64,000 nt of DNA from Octopus bimaculoides (taxonomy: Eukaryota). The notes under the pieces are model-generated. The model worked only from the letters and a program-made list of their open reading frames with translations. It was not told the origin of the DNA and made no database searches. How positions within the stretch are numbered: position 1 is the stretch's first letter; each line of letters begins with the position of its first letter. Positions 38,788-52,678 of this stretch are shown here, in pieces. Location: the NCBI RefSeq assembly GCF_001194135.2, contig NC_068993.1, forward strand, positions 6,592,237-6,656,236, written 5' to 3'. The position numbers and the translations under genes are program-made.

Positions 38788-41607
38788 TTATATTTATGTA
38801 TGTATTATATATATATATGTAACCAAACATACCTACACAGATATACATATACACCTACATATAAACGTGTATTTGTGTGTTCTTTTTAACTTTTAGGTCA
38901 TTACCATTAACTTCCTCGTCTATAGTAATCTTTCTGGGTTTAAACCCAATACTACACAAAGCTACAATTAAATGTCTTTATTTAAATATTTGCTGTACAA
39001 CAGACAAAAATATCAACAATAATGTAGTGTGAAGGATTGGGAATGCCAAGCAACATTTGAATTTGAGCTAATTAACACACATGGATCTTTTTCACAAAAT
39101 TACTATTTTCTCGTTACTGAAAGCAGATTATTGTTGACATGAGTGGCTAAAATTCTCACCTTCTCTCTCAATATATTATTCTTTTACTTGCCTCAGTCAT
39201 TTGACAGCGGCCATGCTGGAGCATTGCTTTTACTGGAACAAATCGATCCCCAAGACGTATTCTTTATAAGCCTAATACTTATTCTATCCGTCTCTTATGC
39301 CCAATCTGTGATGAGCCGGTGTGATGCTGATGACCTGAAGTCACCTCTGATATATATATATATATATATGTCCAACCCATGCTAGCATGGAAAGCGGACA
39401 TTAAACAATGATGATGATATATATATATATATAGATAAATCATCATAAATATACAGGGATTTGCATTGAGTTGCTTCTCCAACATACTGAAAATTTAGAA
39501 ATAGCAGTNNNNNNNNNNNNNNNNNNNNNNNNNNNNNNNNNNNNNNNNNNNNNNNNNNNNNNNNNNNNNNNNNNNNNNNNNNNNNNNNNNNNNNNNNNNN
39601 NNNNNNNNNNNNNNNNNNNNNNNNNNNNNNNNNNNNNNNNNNNNNNNNNNNNNNNNNNNNNNNNNNNNNNNNNNNNNNNNNNNNNNNNNNNNNNNNNNNN
39701 NNNNNNNNNNNNNNNNNNNNNNNNNNNNNNNNNNNNNNNNNNNNNNNNNNNNNNNNNNNNNNNNNNNNNNNNNNNNNNNNNNNNNNNNNNNNNNNNNNNN
39801 NNNNNNNNNNNNNNNNNNNNNNNNNNNNNNNNNNNNNNNNNNNNNNNNNNNNNNNNNNNNNNNNNNNNNNNNNNNNNNNNNNNNNNNNNNNNNNNNNNNN
39901 NNNNNNNNNNNNNNNNNNNNNNNNNNNNNNNNNNNNNNNNNNNNNNNNNNNNNNNNNNNNNNNNNNNNNNNNNNNNNNNNNNNNNNNNNNNNNNNNNNNN
40001 NNNNNNNNNNNNNNNNNNNNNNNNNNNNNNNNNNNNNNNNNNNNNNNNNNNNNNNNNNNNNNNNNNNNNNNNNNNATAAAGGTTTTTTCATACTGAACTA
40101 CTTGGCAAAATTGTTAATTGTTAATTCTATTATTAATTGACGATTCCCTGCCCTTATTCTTGTATATATATAGATAGGTAGATATATATATGTATGTATG
40201 TATATATATATATATATATATATGCCCCAGTATGCAACTGGTACTTATTTTATCAATCCCGGAATTATTGGCTGCAATTACATACTTGAAGTCAGTGTTG
40301 GCTGAAATTAAATCAGCAAACAAATACACGTCCACTTTACTAAATTTATACTTGGGCTCAGCCCGAGTGTCAGAGTCACCAGTGATATATGTATATATAC
40401 ATACACGCACACAGAGGATGAGATAAAAATTCAGTCCTTTGATATTAAATATGACACTTGTGGAAAAAAATGATGTTGGAGGAGCATCTTTTTACATTGC
40501 CATTAATTTATAATTATTTACCAGTTTTAAACATCTCGTTAGGATGAACATTAAACTATAATATTAAAGGTAATGAATCAGAAGCAATCATGGAACAAGA
40601 AGAAGAAAAGAAAAGCAAAGAAGGACATAAACAGAGAGACCAGCAGAAAATAACTTGACTCTACATGTATTTATGTCTGTTTACAAAGTTCATTCATTGT
40701 TTGAAGCTCTCCAGCACTTGAAGTCTATCTGAGAGCAAGCAAACTTTCACACACACACACACGCACACGTGAAACATTGATAACGGAAGCTTTTGTAATG
40801 TTTGCAATGATAATATATTTTGTCTTCATCAAAGCTTCTTTTTCAATCTCAAGATATTTATCAAGAAACCATCGAAACCACTGAAATGTCAAGAGGAATA
40901 TAATAATAATAATAAAAATAATAGTAATAATAATAATTTGATATTGATCTTAGCCAACAACAACAACAACAATGTAAAGTTGTAGTGGTAGTAGTAGTAG
41001 AATAAGTGTTTTAAAGGCTATTTTTCTTGTTAAAACAAGAGGGGAAATGACACCACCTTATAGTTCTTTTTGAGATGTTATATGGATGGATGCTCTCCTG
41101 GATGCCAGCCTCTTCAGAACCTGGACATAGACATGATTATACTACTACTACTACTACTACTACTACTAGCAGTAGTATTTGCTTGTCAGATGATAGTAAA
41201 ACTAGCAATAGAGTTATTAGATGATTCAGATATATTTTTCATGTAAGTGGATCCTCCATTTGCAGAGGGACAGAAAGGATAAGAGTTCACAAGCAACAGT
41301 TCATCTGTTCTATACTGGTAGAATGTTACTTTAGGAAGCAGAATCTAGCATCAGATGGATAAGTCTTACTCAGATTATATTACAAGGCCAGACTTTAACC
41401 TCATTTCCATGACATATGTCACTGAAATTACAATGCACCTCACTGGATATGTCCATTGTAGGGTCAACTCATTCAAAGCTGAGTGGCCTAGAGCAAAGTG
41501 AAACAGTGTTTTCCTGAAGAACACAGCTCACCACTCAGTCTGTGAATTAAAACCACAATTGTAAGATCATGATTGTAACATCCTACCGACAAAACCTGAT
41601 GGATTTT

Positions 41608-42007
41608 CTCTTTTACTCTTTTACTTGTTTCAGTCATTTGACTGCAGCCATGCTGGAGCACCACCTTTAGTCAAACAAATCAACCCCAGGACTTATTCTT
41701 TGTAAGCCTAGTACTTATTCTATCAGTTTCTTTTGCCGAACTGCTAAGTTACGGGGACGTAAACACACCAGCATCGGTTGTCAAGCGATGGTGGGGGACA
41801 AACACAGACACACAATACACACATATATATATATATACATATATACGACGGGCTTCTCTCAGTTTCTGTCTACCAAATCCACTTACAAGGCTTTGGTTGC
41901 CCGAGGCTATAGTAGAAGACACTTGCCCAAGGTGTCATGCAGTGGGACTGAACCCAGAACCATGTGGTTGGTAAGCAAGCTACTTACCACACAGCCACTC
42001 CTGCGCC
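41608..42007 (-). mobile_element. Full-length tRNA-derived SINE, family A (CORE-SINE-like)
   Basis: Minus strand GGCGCAGGAGTGGCTGTGTGG (A box) ... GGTTCAGTCCC (B box) ... ACCTTGGGCAAGT (CORE-like), internal (TA/TG)n, tail (GTAAAAGA)n. Confidence 0.85.
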
Positions 42008-42255
42008 TTATATATATATATATATAGTAACAACACAAATGCTTTTCTTCAGACTATCTGCTTCTTCCTCCTCTCTGAACTTTTCCCTCTTTCCGACAAA
42101 GAGCCATGCTTGAAATGTCATTTCCACTCCTATTTTTCCGCCTAAAACTTTCACTGAGAATCAATCTAATATATTCACTGTGTTACATTCAATTGATTTT
42201 TGTTGTTTTATTTCCTGTTTCTCTTTTGTTTAGGGATTTGCCAATAGATATACAT

Positions 42256-42322
<67 letters not shown>

Positions 42323-43117
42323 NNNNNNNNNNNNNNNNNNNNNNNNNNNNNNNNNNNNNNNNNNNNNNNNNNNNNNNNNNNNNNNNNNNNNNNNNNNNNN
42401 NNNNNNNNNNNNNNNNNNNNNNNNNNNNNNNNNNNNNNNNNNNNNNNNNNNNNNNNNNNNNNNNNNNNNNNNNNNNNNNNNNNNNNNNNNNNNNNNNNNN
42501 NNNNNNNNNNNNNNNNNNNNNNNNNNNNNNNNNNNNNNNNNNNNNNNNNNNNNNNNNNNNNNNNNNNNNNNNNNNNNNNNNNNNNNNNNNNNNNNNNNNN
42601 NNNNNNNNNNNNNNNNNNNNNNNNNNNNNNNNNNNNNNNNNNNNNNNNNNNNNNNNNNNNNNNNNNNNNNNNNNNNNNNNNNNNNNNNNNNNNNNNNNNN
42701 NNNNNNNNNNNNNNNNNNNNNNNNNNNNNNNNNNNNNNNNNNNNNNNNNNNNNNNNNNNNNNNNNNNNNNNNNNNNNNNNNNNNNNNNNNNNNNNNNNNN
42801 NNNNNNNNNNNNNNNNNNNNNNNNNNNNNNNNNNNNNNNNNNNNNNNNNNNNNNNNNNNNNNNNNNNNNNNNNNNNNNNNNNNNNNNNNNNNNNNNNNNN
42901 NNNNNNNNNNNNNNNNNNNNNNNNNNNNNNNNNNNNNNNNNNNNNNNNNNNNNNNNNNNNNNNNNNNNNNNNNNNNNNNNNNNNNNNNNNNNNNNNNNNN
43001 NNNNNNNNNNNNNNNNNNNNNNNNNNNNNNNNNNNNNNNNNNNNNNNNNNNNNNNNNNNNNNNNNNNNNNNNNNNNNNNNNNNNNNNNNNNNNNNNNNNN
43101 NNNNNNNNNNNTATATA

Positions 43118-43148
<31 letters not shown>

Positions 43149-43838
43149 GATAGACATATATATATAGATACATATACATATATATATATAGATCCATATA
43201 CATATATATATATAGATCCATATACATATATATATAGATCCATATACGTATATATATATATACATATATACACACACACACACACATATATATATACAAA
43301 CACATATTACCATATACACACAAACGCATTTTATAAATTGCATGCATCTTCAAACACATGTAAATATACAAAACCAAAATAAAATAAAATAAAATAAATA
43401 AATAAAAATAACCAAACAATAAGCAATGGAAAAATGGGAGAGAAAATGAAATATCTGATTATCCATATTTAAGCATCAAAACATGTATATGTATGGAAGC
43501 ACACAAAAATTACAAACACTCACACAGATCCATTGTAGAATGTTCTCTTCCACCCACTGCTGCCTTGTTGCGGCATTGATACATCCCTACAGGATACTGC
43601 AATAGAATCATCAATATCTCTCAGTGTCTATGATTAATCCATGCCATTATTATTATTATTTATTTATTTATTTCAAACTATGGATTTCATGAGATGCTGT
43701 GGCAATAGCGAATCATTTATTTAGAAAGAGGGGAAGGGCCTAAATGCAGGTTGCCGGTATGGTGTACTTCCCGTTTAACCCCAGGTCAATTGATTCAGTA
43801 GACTTATGATAAAGGGTGTTCCAGTCATGGCCATCACA

Positions 43839-43880
<42 letters not shown>

Positions 43881-44589
43881 ATATGTAATGCATCCAAGAC
43901 TACATCATCAAATGTCTGTCTTTTGTATAAGACAGTAGGATACAAATCGTAGAAGATTTGACTGCTATTTCTAATAGGATAGTGACTGTATAGAGGCTCG
44001 ATCTCTTTGTTGTGGTTTAACCCTAGGTCAGACTTGATCAAGCATATGTTTGATCAAACACATTCCAATTGTGACCGTCCTCTCTATTTCGTTTTTTTTT
44101 TGTTTGTTTGTTTACTTATTTCTGTCACTAGATTGTGGTCATGCTGCAGCATGACCTTGAAGGATTCGGTCAATCACATCAATCTTAATTTTTAAGACTG
44201 GTATTTATTCTATTAGTCTCTTTTTGCTGAACCACTAAGTTATAGGGAATGTAAATGAACCAACCGCAGCTGTCAAGCGGGGAGAGAGAGAAGTGGGGAT
44301 AGACAGAACAGAAACAGACAGTCAGATTAACAGAAGGACAAGAACACAGACTGATAGACTGATAGATAGATAAGTTGGTAGATAAATAGATAGATAAGTT
44401 GGTAGATATTTGATAGATAGACAGACAGACAGATAGATGGATAAGGATAGATTGGTAGACAGATAAGTTGGTAGATAGGATAGATAGACAAATAGATAGT
44501 TAAGTTGGTATATATATATATATATATATCTATAAATTCTGCTTTAAGCACATACCCACCTGATCCATGCTAACATGGAAAAATAGATG

Positions 44590-44913
44590 TTAACCCTTTA
44601 GCATTTAAATTGAACTCTTGAAGCTATGAGATAATGCATGATTAATTCAAAACAATGTGGATAAATAAGCATTACATTTGACAGAGTAAATCTGAATGCT
44701 AAAGGATTAAGCCAGCCATATCCAGCTCAAATACTGCCTCATGTTTAAACTGGGTGGGTCTGGCCTCTCATACTTATCCTACACTGTCATTCTAAAAACA
44801 ACCAATCACATCATTGAAATCTTGAACTTAAGAGATAATGGATGATTAATTCAAAACAATGTGAATAAATGAGTATTGGATTTGACAGAATAATCCGAAA
44901 GCTACAGGGTTAA
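44590..44913. mobile_element. piggyBac-type MITE, compound (three TTAA sites)
   Basis: TTAA-CCCTTTAGCATT ... AATGCTAAAGGA-TTAA (44707) ... AAGCTACAGGG-TTAA (44910); the 3' half occurs twice. Confidence 0.7.
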
Positions 44914-45668
44914 AAACAAACAAACAAATCCATGTATTTTAAGGAAATAAATTAAAGAAAGAAAAGGTTAAATTACAAGGAGGAAGACGTCACCAACAAC
45001 AAGAAACGAAGAAATCTATTCGCTAATTAACTTCGTGACTAAACGAAAGAATGGCCATTGTTTCCGTGGTAATGTGTTGTTTAGAAATTTAGAAAATATA
45101 AACATATACAAACCAATATCTGGTTGCTACCTGTGACAACAACAAAGCAATGAGATAAATTATACATGGTCAATCGATCAGCTAGAAATAGCAACAAAAT
45201 CTTCTCTCAGATTATCAACAACAAAAGTGACAATAACAGCAACATCAATGAAAACAACAACAAAATCAACCACAACAGCAACAACAACAAACGAATGAGA
45301 TAAATTAAGCATGGTTGATGGATCCGCTAGAAATAGCAGCAAAATCTTCTCTCAAGATTATTGACACTATCATCTTAAATAATGTACTCCTAAAACTGGC
45401 AGGATGGTCATGAATGGAATGACTTTGATCATGTGTCTGCTCAATCAAGGGATCACTAGTGGATAACAACAACAAAGAACTGATGGTGGTGGAGGTTATA
45501 TTTAAACCTCTGACCACTACTACCACCACCACCATCACACCACGACCACCACTACTGCCACCACCATCTCCCTGGAACTACTGAAACACAAAAAAAAAGA
45601 GAAAAAAGGAAACAATGGAAAAAAAAAAGAAAGATGTTACTGTGATTTGAACTTGAGTTATTTGTAGT

Positions 45669-45674
45669 TTTATT
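45669..45674 (-). terminator. Candidate TRAP1 polyadenylation signal (AATAAA)
   Basis: AATAAA on the minus strand about 770 nt after the stop, followed by a U-rich tract (45590-45630). Alternatives at 46027-46032 and 46044-46049. Confidence 0.35.
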
Positions 45675-45863
45675 TACTTAACAAGTGTGTACACAGAGCA
45701 ATTTGTATGGTGTATGGTGTACAAACAGCACTTCACACAATCTCATTGAACTGAATGCTGCCTGTACAGTATGGCACTTGAGACAGTCTTTGATCAGACC
45801 AGACCAAGAAAAAAAAGACAATCCTCTGATGAGTACAAAGCAACAAAACATTATGACTATACT

Positions 45864-45895
<32 letters not shown>

Positions 45896-46438
45896 GTATA
45901 GTGTATGTATGTGTGTGTGTGCGTTTAAGTAGTGAGATTCACAACATGAAGTTCAGTCTTGTTGTTTGTTCTCATTATCTTAAGCTAAGTGTCACAAATG
46001 AACTCCAAATAGTCAAATGGCCTTTGTTTATTGTTTTTTCTTCTTTATTGTAAGTTCATCACATGATATCTTACTTATCCAACAGGTAGATTAATCGCTG
46101 CTGGGGGACAAGGAGAGGATTGAAAAATGGTGCCGAGAAGGGACAAGAGAGAGAGATAGAGGAACAGAATTTGACAGAAAGGGAGATAGAGGAACAGAGG
46201 TGAGAGAGAGAGAGAGTGGAACAGAGATAGATAGAAAGAGAAAGACACAGGGAGAAGGTAAAGATTACGAAGTAGTCTAGTCTGCCAGCAGTTGGTAAAT
46301 GTTTCCTCTTACTAAATGGGAAGCCAGGAAGAATGAATTGGTGATTAATCAGATGACTGAATGCTGCATTGTTGGTGCACAGTGGGTACACAGTAGGTGC
46401 ACGTTTGTAGGGCAGGTGTTTCCGCACGGCCCACTGGC

Positions 46439-46540
46439 TCACTTGTTTTCCAGGGCTTTGATCAAAAGTTTGTTCAGTCTCCCTACCATGGCTCTCGGGT
46501 CGTCCGTCAGTCCGGCATTGATCATTGCGTTGTCGTACAG
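46439..46540 (-). CDS. TRAP1: TRAP1 / HSP75 (mitochondrial HSP90), last coding exon ([33 protein letters not shown])
   Basis: Minus-strand acceptor tttctttgtctctttttcag; 102 nt, phase 0, ends in TGA (46439-46441). Peptide closely matches the TRAP1 C-terminus as I recall it (human [33 protein letters not shown]). Confidence 0.95.
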   Translation of the reverse strand: MYDNAMINAGLTDDPRAMVGRLNKLLIKALENK

Positions 46541-46647
46541 CTGAAAAAGAGACAAAGAAAGAACACTATAAGGAAAAATGCCAAAAAAAACAGAGAAAAA
46601 CAAAGTTAAACAAAATTGTACTGTGAGAGAAAGAGGGGCGGGTTATT

Positions 46648-46870
46648 GTCCTCATCATCATCATGGGTTGGACAGTTTGACTGAGGGCTGGCAAGCCCAA
46701 AGGCTGCACCAGGCTCCAATCCAATCTGGCAAAGTTTCTACAGCTGGATGCACTTCCTAACGCCACCCACTCTGAGAGTGTAGTGAGCACTTTTTACATG
46801 CCACTAGCACGAGGGCCAGTCAGTCGGTACTGGCAACAACCATGCTCGAATAGCGCTTTTTCCATGCCAT
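46648..46870 (-). mobile_element. RTE-type LINE 3' end near the TRAP1 last-exon acceptor
   Basis: Same family. Further partial copies at about 7730-7890 (+), 8330-8560 (+), 12124-12320 (-), 14960-15160 (-), 34780-34940 (-), 36355-36560 (-), 37490-37625 (+). Confidence 0.7.
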
Positions 46871-48817
46871 CGGCAGGAACCATTAACCTGCATACCATAA
46901 GGATTTAACACTTTATTTAACATCAGCAAATAGCATCGTGCTTTTGGGTTTGTCTGACAAGGCATTTATTTTATATACAAGTGATATGACTGAATATGGG
47001 TGTGTGTTTCTGTGCGTGTATTATCGATGTTTATTTAAATGGTTATTAATCTAATTTAGAGCATGAAAGAGGGACAGTAAGTTGTTTGCATGCACAGTAG
47101 CAGACTGCAAGGCCTCGATCACAACAAGTAGGGCAACCTCACGAGTGTTTAGCGTCAGTTACATAAGAGTTTAACACTTCACTAGAATCAGAAATTCTAC
47201 TCAACCGCTTCCAATTTCCACTCCCCTCCTTACCATTTTGAAGTAAGATAGATTTATGGTGGATTTGGCTGTGTGGTAAGAAGCTTGCTTCCTAACCACA
47301 TGGTTCCAGGTTCAGTTTCACTGTGTAGTACCTTGGGCAAACGTCTTTTATTATAGCCTCAGACCAATTAAAGTCTTGTGAGTGGAGTTGGTAGGCAAAA
47401 ACTGAAAAAGCCTATTGTATATATGTGTGTGTGTATGGATTTGGTAGATGGAAACTGAAAGAAGCCTATCACACATATATATATATATATATGANNNNNN
47501 NNNNNNNNNNNNNNNNNNNNNNNNNNNNNNNNNNNNNNNNNNNNNNNNNNNNNNNNNNNNNNNNNNNNNNNNNNNNNNNNNNNNNAAAAAAAAAAAAAAA
47601 GGGTCCAGTATAAACTGTAAAGGGGTTGGCATTAGGAAGGGCCTCCCGCCGTAGGAACCATGCCAACTAATGAACCCATATTGGTGTAGAGAATAATGAT
47701 GATGAGGTTAAAAAAAGCAATAAGCTGCTGTAATGCTGTTGAATGGCAGAAGAGTGGTGCACGAAGATAAGATCACATCAGCATGCGCATATGCATGTGT
47801 GCAATTGTAAATGCACACGTGCATCAGATATACATACTGTGCAACAAAACGTGCACGTACATGTACAGATAACTTTCGAGAACCATGTACATGAATTCTT
47901 TTATTCTTTCACTTGTTTCAGACATCTGGCTGTGGCCATGCTGGAGCACTGCCCTTTAGCCAAACAAACCGACCCCAGGATTTATTCTATGTGAGCCTAG
48001 TACTTATTCTATCGGGTATCTTTTGCCGAACCGCTAAGTTACAGGGGACGATTCGTAGGACTAAAACCCTTCAATGTGGTGCTCCAGCATGACCACAGTC
48101 CAATGACTGCAATACGTAAGACAGATCCTACAACACACACACGTATACGAAATTCAAACTAGCATCATACACCTACACACACATCAACAACGCATCCTCA
48201 AGCACACACACACACACACACACACACATGTATGTACACATCTACCATGGCTCCTTCCCTCCCCCGCACAATCAATACAGCATGTGCCACAGTTCCATGT
48301 GGAACGAAGAACAGAGTCTGGCAGCGATGTATGTCAGGCTGGTCTCCTCCACTGGAATCTCCTCTTCTTCGTAATACTGAACGACAAGGATTTACTTGGG
48401 ACTCACACAAACGAAAAGCACAACCTCCTCTCTCTGTGTGTGAGCGTGTGCATATGCTTGTGTGTGTGGGTGTGTGTGAGCATGTGGTTACATGTTACAG
48501 CGATACATCGGCCACTTAATATGTTATGCATATATCATGCATGGATACAGACATCTGCACAACATGTGTGTGTGTGTACATGTGTATGTTTATTCTTTTA
48601 TTCTTTTATTTGTTTCAGTCATTCGACTGCGGCCATGCTGGAGCACCGCCTTTAGTTGAGCAAATCGACCCCGGGACTTATTCTTTGTAAGCCTAGTACT
48701 TATTTTATTGATCTCTTTTTCCGAACAGCAAAGTTATAGGGACATAAACACACCAACATGGTGGTGGGGACAAACACAGACACACAAACATATGCATACA
48801 TAAATACATATAAAACT

Positions 48818-48993
48818 GATGACCACTAAGTGGACACCCAATATGCTAGATGTAAACCCCATATGGTCTGACCACTAAGAAAAGATTGTTCTCAAGAAAA
48901 TTTGCTGAATTGTTTTTGAGAACAATCTTTTCTTAGTGATCAGACCATATGGGATCTACATCTAGCATACTGGGTGTTCACTTAGTGGTCATC
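48818..48993. mobile_element. Near-perfect 176-bp palindrome (hairpin MITE-like)
   Basis: 78-bp arms (48818-48895 and 48916-48993) with 5 mismatches and a 20-nt spacer; TA-rich flanks. Confidence 0.85.
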
Positions 48994-48999
48994 CCTCTT

Positions 49000-49030
<31 letters not shown>

Positions 49031-49814
49031 GATACACAACTATTATTTTTCTCTGTTGGTGTGTGTACCGGATGAAAGAGGGTCATCAGTTACTGTGAGA
49101 GTCAGCTGTCCATGGCAATAATGATGATGATGATTATGCATATATGCATGTATATGTGTGTGTGCATGTGTGTGTGTGTGTGTATATATGTATATATATA
49201 TATATACATACAGAAGCACAACTTGTAACATATACCAACAACAAACCATGAGGGGTTGGGAACCTGTACACAGTGGCTCAATCTGCTAGAAATAGCAGCC
49301 AAATCTCCACTCCCCAGGGTAGTTTTCAATTACATTCAGCCCCTTTTGGGTAGGTTATATGTGACAGCATTGTGCACTATATACAATTATTTCTGCAAAG
49401 TAATCAGGATGGCCATGTGTGATATTCTTCTGATCTGTGATATTCTGCTCGACCTGGACTGACCTGGGGCTAAACAGCAACATAGACATACTTATGAAAT
49501 ATAATACACCCACATATATTTATAAACTATACACACACACACATTATGTTTATGAAATCAACAATTAGGCATGAAGTGTCACTTGACCTACTAAAGATAG
49601 CAGTTAAAATCTGCTCAAATCATCACTCCCATGTCTTAAAAGAGCAAAAGACACACACTAGGATATATAGTGCTAGATACACTTCACACACCATAAAACG
49701 GGGTGATGGCTATGGTTGGAATGTCCCTGATGTTAGTTCTGTTCTACCAGGACTGACGTAGAACAATGGTAGTAGCACTACCAAGAAATAATACAGTACA
49801 CACCCCAACCCTGC

Positions 49815-49868
<54 letters not shown>

Positions 49869-49989
49869 TATATACACACACATACATATATATACACACA
49901 CATACACATATATATATACACACACACATACATATATATACACACATAGATACATATATATATATATACACACACATAGATATATATAT

Positions 49990-50022
<33 letters not shown>

Positions 50023-50914
50023 CACACAAATAGATACATATATATATACACACACACATACATATATATACACACATAGATACATATATATACACACATA
50101 GATACATATATATATATATATATANNNNNNNNNNNNNNNNNNNNNNNNNNNNNNNNNNNNNNNNNNNNNNNNNNNNNNNNNNNNNNNNNNNNNNNNNNNN
50201 NNNNNNNNNNNNNNNNNNNNNNNNNNNNNNNNNNNNNNNNNNNNNNNNNNNNNNNNNNNNNNNNNNNNNNNNNNNNNNNNNNNNNNNNNNNNNNNNNNNN
50301 NNNNNNNNNNNNNNNNNNNNNNNNNNNNNNNNNNNNNNNNNNNNNNNNNNNNNNNNNNNNNNNNNNNNNNNNNNNNNNNNNNNNNNNNNNNNNNNNNNNN
50401 NNNNNNNNNNNNNNNNNNNNNNNNNNNNNNNNNNNNNNNNNNNNNNNNNNNNNNNNNNNNNNNNNNNNNNNNNNNNNNNNNNNNNNNNNNNNNNNNNNNN
50501 NNNNNNNNNNNNNNNNNNNNNNNNNNNNNNNNNNNNNNNNNNNNNNNNNNNNNNNNNNNNNNNNNNNNNNNNNNNNNNNNNNNNNNNNNNNNNNNNNNNN
50601 NNNNNNNNNNNNNNNNNNNNNNNNNNNNNNNNNNNNNNNNNNNNNNNNNNNNNNNNNNNNNNNNNNNNNNNNNNNNNNNNNNNNNNNNNNNNNNNNNNNN
50701 NNNNNNNNNNNNNNNNNNNNNNNNNNNNNNNNNNNNNNNNNNNNNNNNNNNNNNNNNNNNNNNNNNNNNNNNNNNNNNNNNNNNNNNNNNCACCACCACC
50801 ACCACCACCAACACCACTGCTGCCTCTGCTGCTATCGACATTATTGCAGTTACAGCTGCAGTCGCAATAGTAATTGTTGCAGTGGTAGCTACTACTGCAT
50901 CAACTAACAACAAA

Positions 50915-52190
50915 CGCTACAGTTGCTTAGCCCCTCGTCAGCCCTTACCGAGAAGACCTTACAATCAGACGCTTTTCCCTCCATAACCATCATGCCTCTA
51001 TTTTAACATACAAGTGACTACATTCTCAAGAAAGACAATACAATGTGATTTGAGGGAGATTTGGCTGCTATCTCTAGCAGGTCCAGCAACCACCTAAATG
51101 CTCCTAGGTTAAAACTCCAGTAGCTACTGTCTTGTTTAACCCCAGGCTAGCTCCACTCAAGCAAGAACACTTTATGGTCAAAGACAATCCAGTTTTGGCC
51201 ATCCTACCTTTTGCATATGTAATGTACCTGTTTGGAAAATCATGGTATGGATTTGATTTGAGAGATGTTTGACTGCTATTTCTAGCAGATTAGCAGTCAG
51301 CTCGTTATGACTGCTGTTCTTGTTATTTTAACCCCAGGTCAAACCAATGATCAGACGTTCCAACCATGACAAATCCATCTAAATGTACAACGATACTAGT
51401 ACCAGGGCAAAGTTATCCAGTACGTCCTACCTTTTCAATACAGCACTGTGTGCGATTACAGGAAGATTTGATTGTTATTTCTAGCAGGGCAAGGGACCAC
51501 TTGCAGGATTATGTAATTGTCAGTGCTGTAGTAGCAACCACCACCACCACTACTATTGTTTAACCTCAGGACAATCACGAAAGAGTGGGCTTATGATCAT
51601 AGGCATTCCAAATGTGACCATTCCATCTACTTCCTAGGCATCGTGCATCAAAGTTTATATCAATTTCAAATATGTCTCCTTCCTTCCTTTCCTTTTCAAG
51701 ATGATAGCAGGTGTGTAATTTGGAGGGGAGATTTGGCTGCTATTTTCAGCAGATCGAGACACCACATAAGGACTCCAGTATTGTGCATGTTACAACAGCA
51801 GCAGCAGCAGCTGTTCAAGACACCACCATTTCATTCATTGATTAAACAGTCAGCAGTAGCAGCAGCACCACCACCACCACCACCATCAGAAGTAGTAGCA
51901 GCAGCAGCAGCTGTGACAGCTCTATTAGTGTACTTGGCAGCAACAATAATAATAATAATAATAATAATTGTTATTGTTGTTTAACCACAGGTCAGTATCA
52001 GTCCCGACCCCACTGAGAAGATCTGACCTACCATCCATCAACGGCATTCCAACCGTGACCATCCTGTCTTTCGCATTCTACTCCCACAGGATTACATTGT
52101 ATCCGATGTTTTTTTTTTCTAAGATGGCAGTTGTGTGAGATTAGAAGAAGATTTGGCTGCTATTTCCAGCACACTTGAGTATCTCATACA
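50915..52190. repeat. Five head-to-tail diverged copies of an about 200-bp interspersed repeat (family D)
   Basis: Each unit runs from GTTTAACCCCAGGTCA-like to GATTTGGCTGCTATTTCTAGCAG-like sequence (about 50915, 51130, 51320, 51556, 51975). Opposite-orientation copies at 49270-49485 and 49580-49780; more at about 18380, 26890, 43770, 45170, 45310. Confidence 0.7.
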
Positions 52191-52643
52191 GGCTCCCCCT
52201 CATGAAACTGAGGAGGTGGTGGTAGTAGTAGTAGTAGGAGGAGGAGCTGTAATACCATTATTAGTATTGATAGCAATAACAATACCAGTAGTAGTAGTGG
52301 TGGTGGTGGTGGAGGTAATAGTAGTACAAAGCAGTTATATAATAGTAATAACAGTGATATCATTAGTGATATTGGTGAGGTCTCTGGAGATGTTGCATAG
52401 TTTTACACATACCCCCCACCCTCGTTCTGCATGGGGGGGGGAGTAGAAGCAGATGGGTGGCAGAGGGAGATGGGAGCTGAACTGAAAGGAGGGGAGGGGG
52501 TAAGGGGTTGATGACATACTGGTTCAAAGTTCATCGGATTTGTCTTAAGATTGATAAGTGAAGGATTTCGAGAGAGTGTGAGGGGTGGGGGTTGATAGAT
52601 GGATGGGTGAATAGATAGACAGACAGACAGATAGATAGATAAT

Positions 52644-52678
<35 letters not shown>

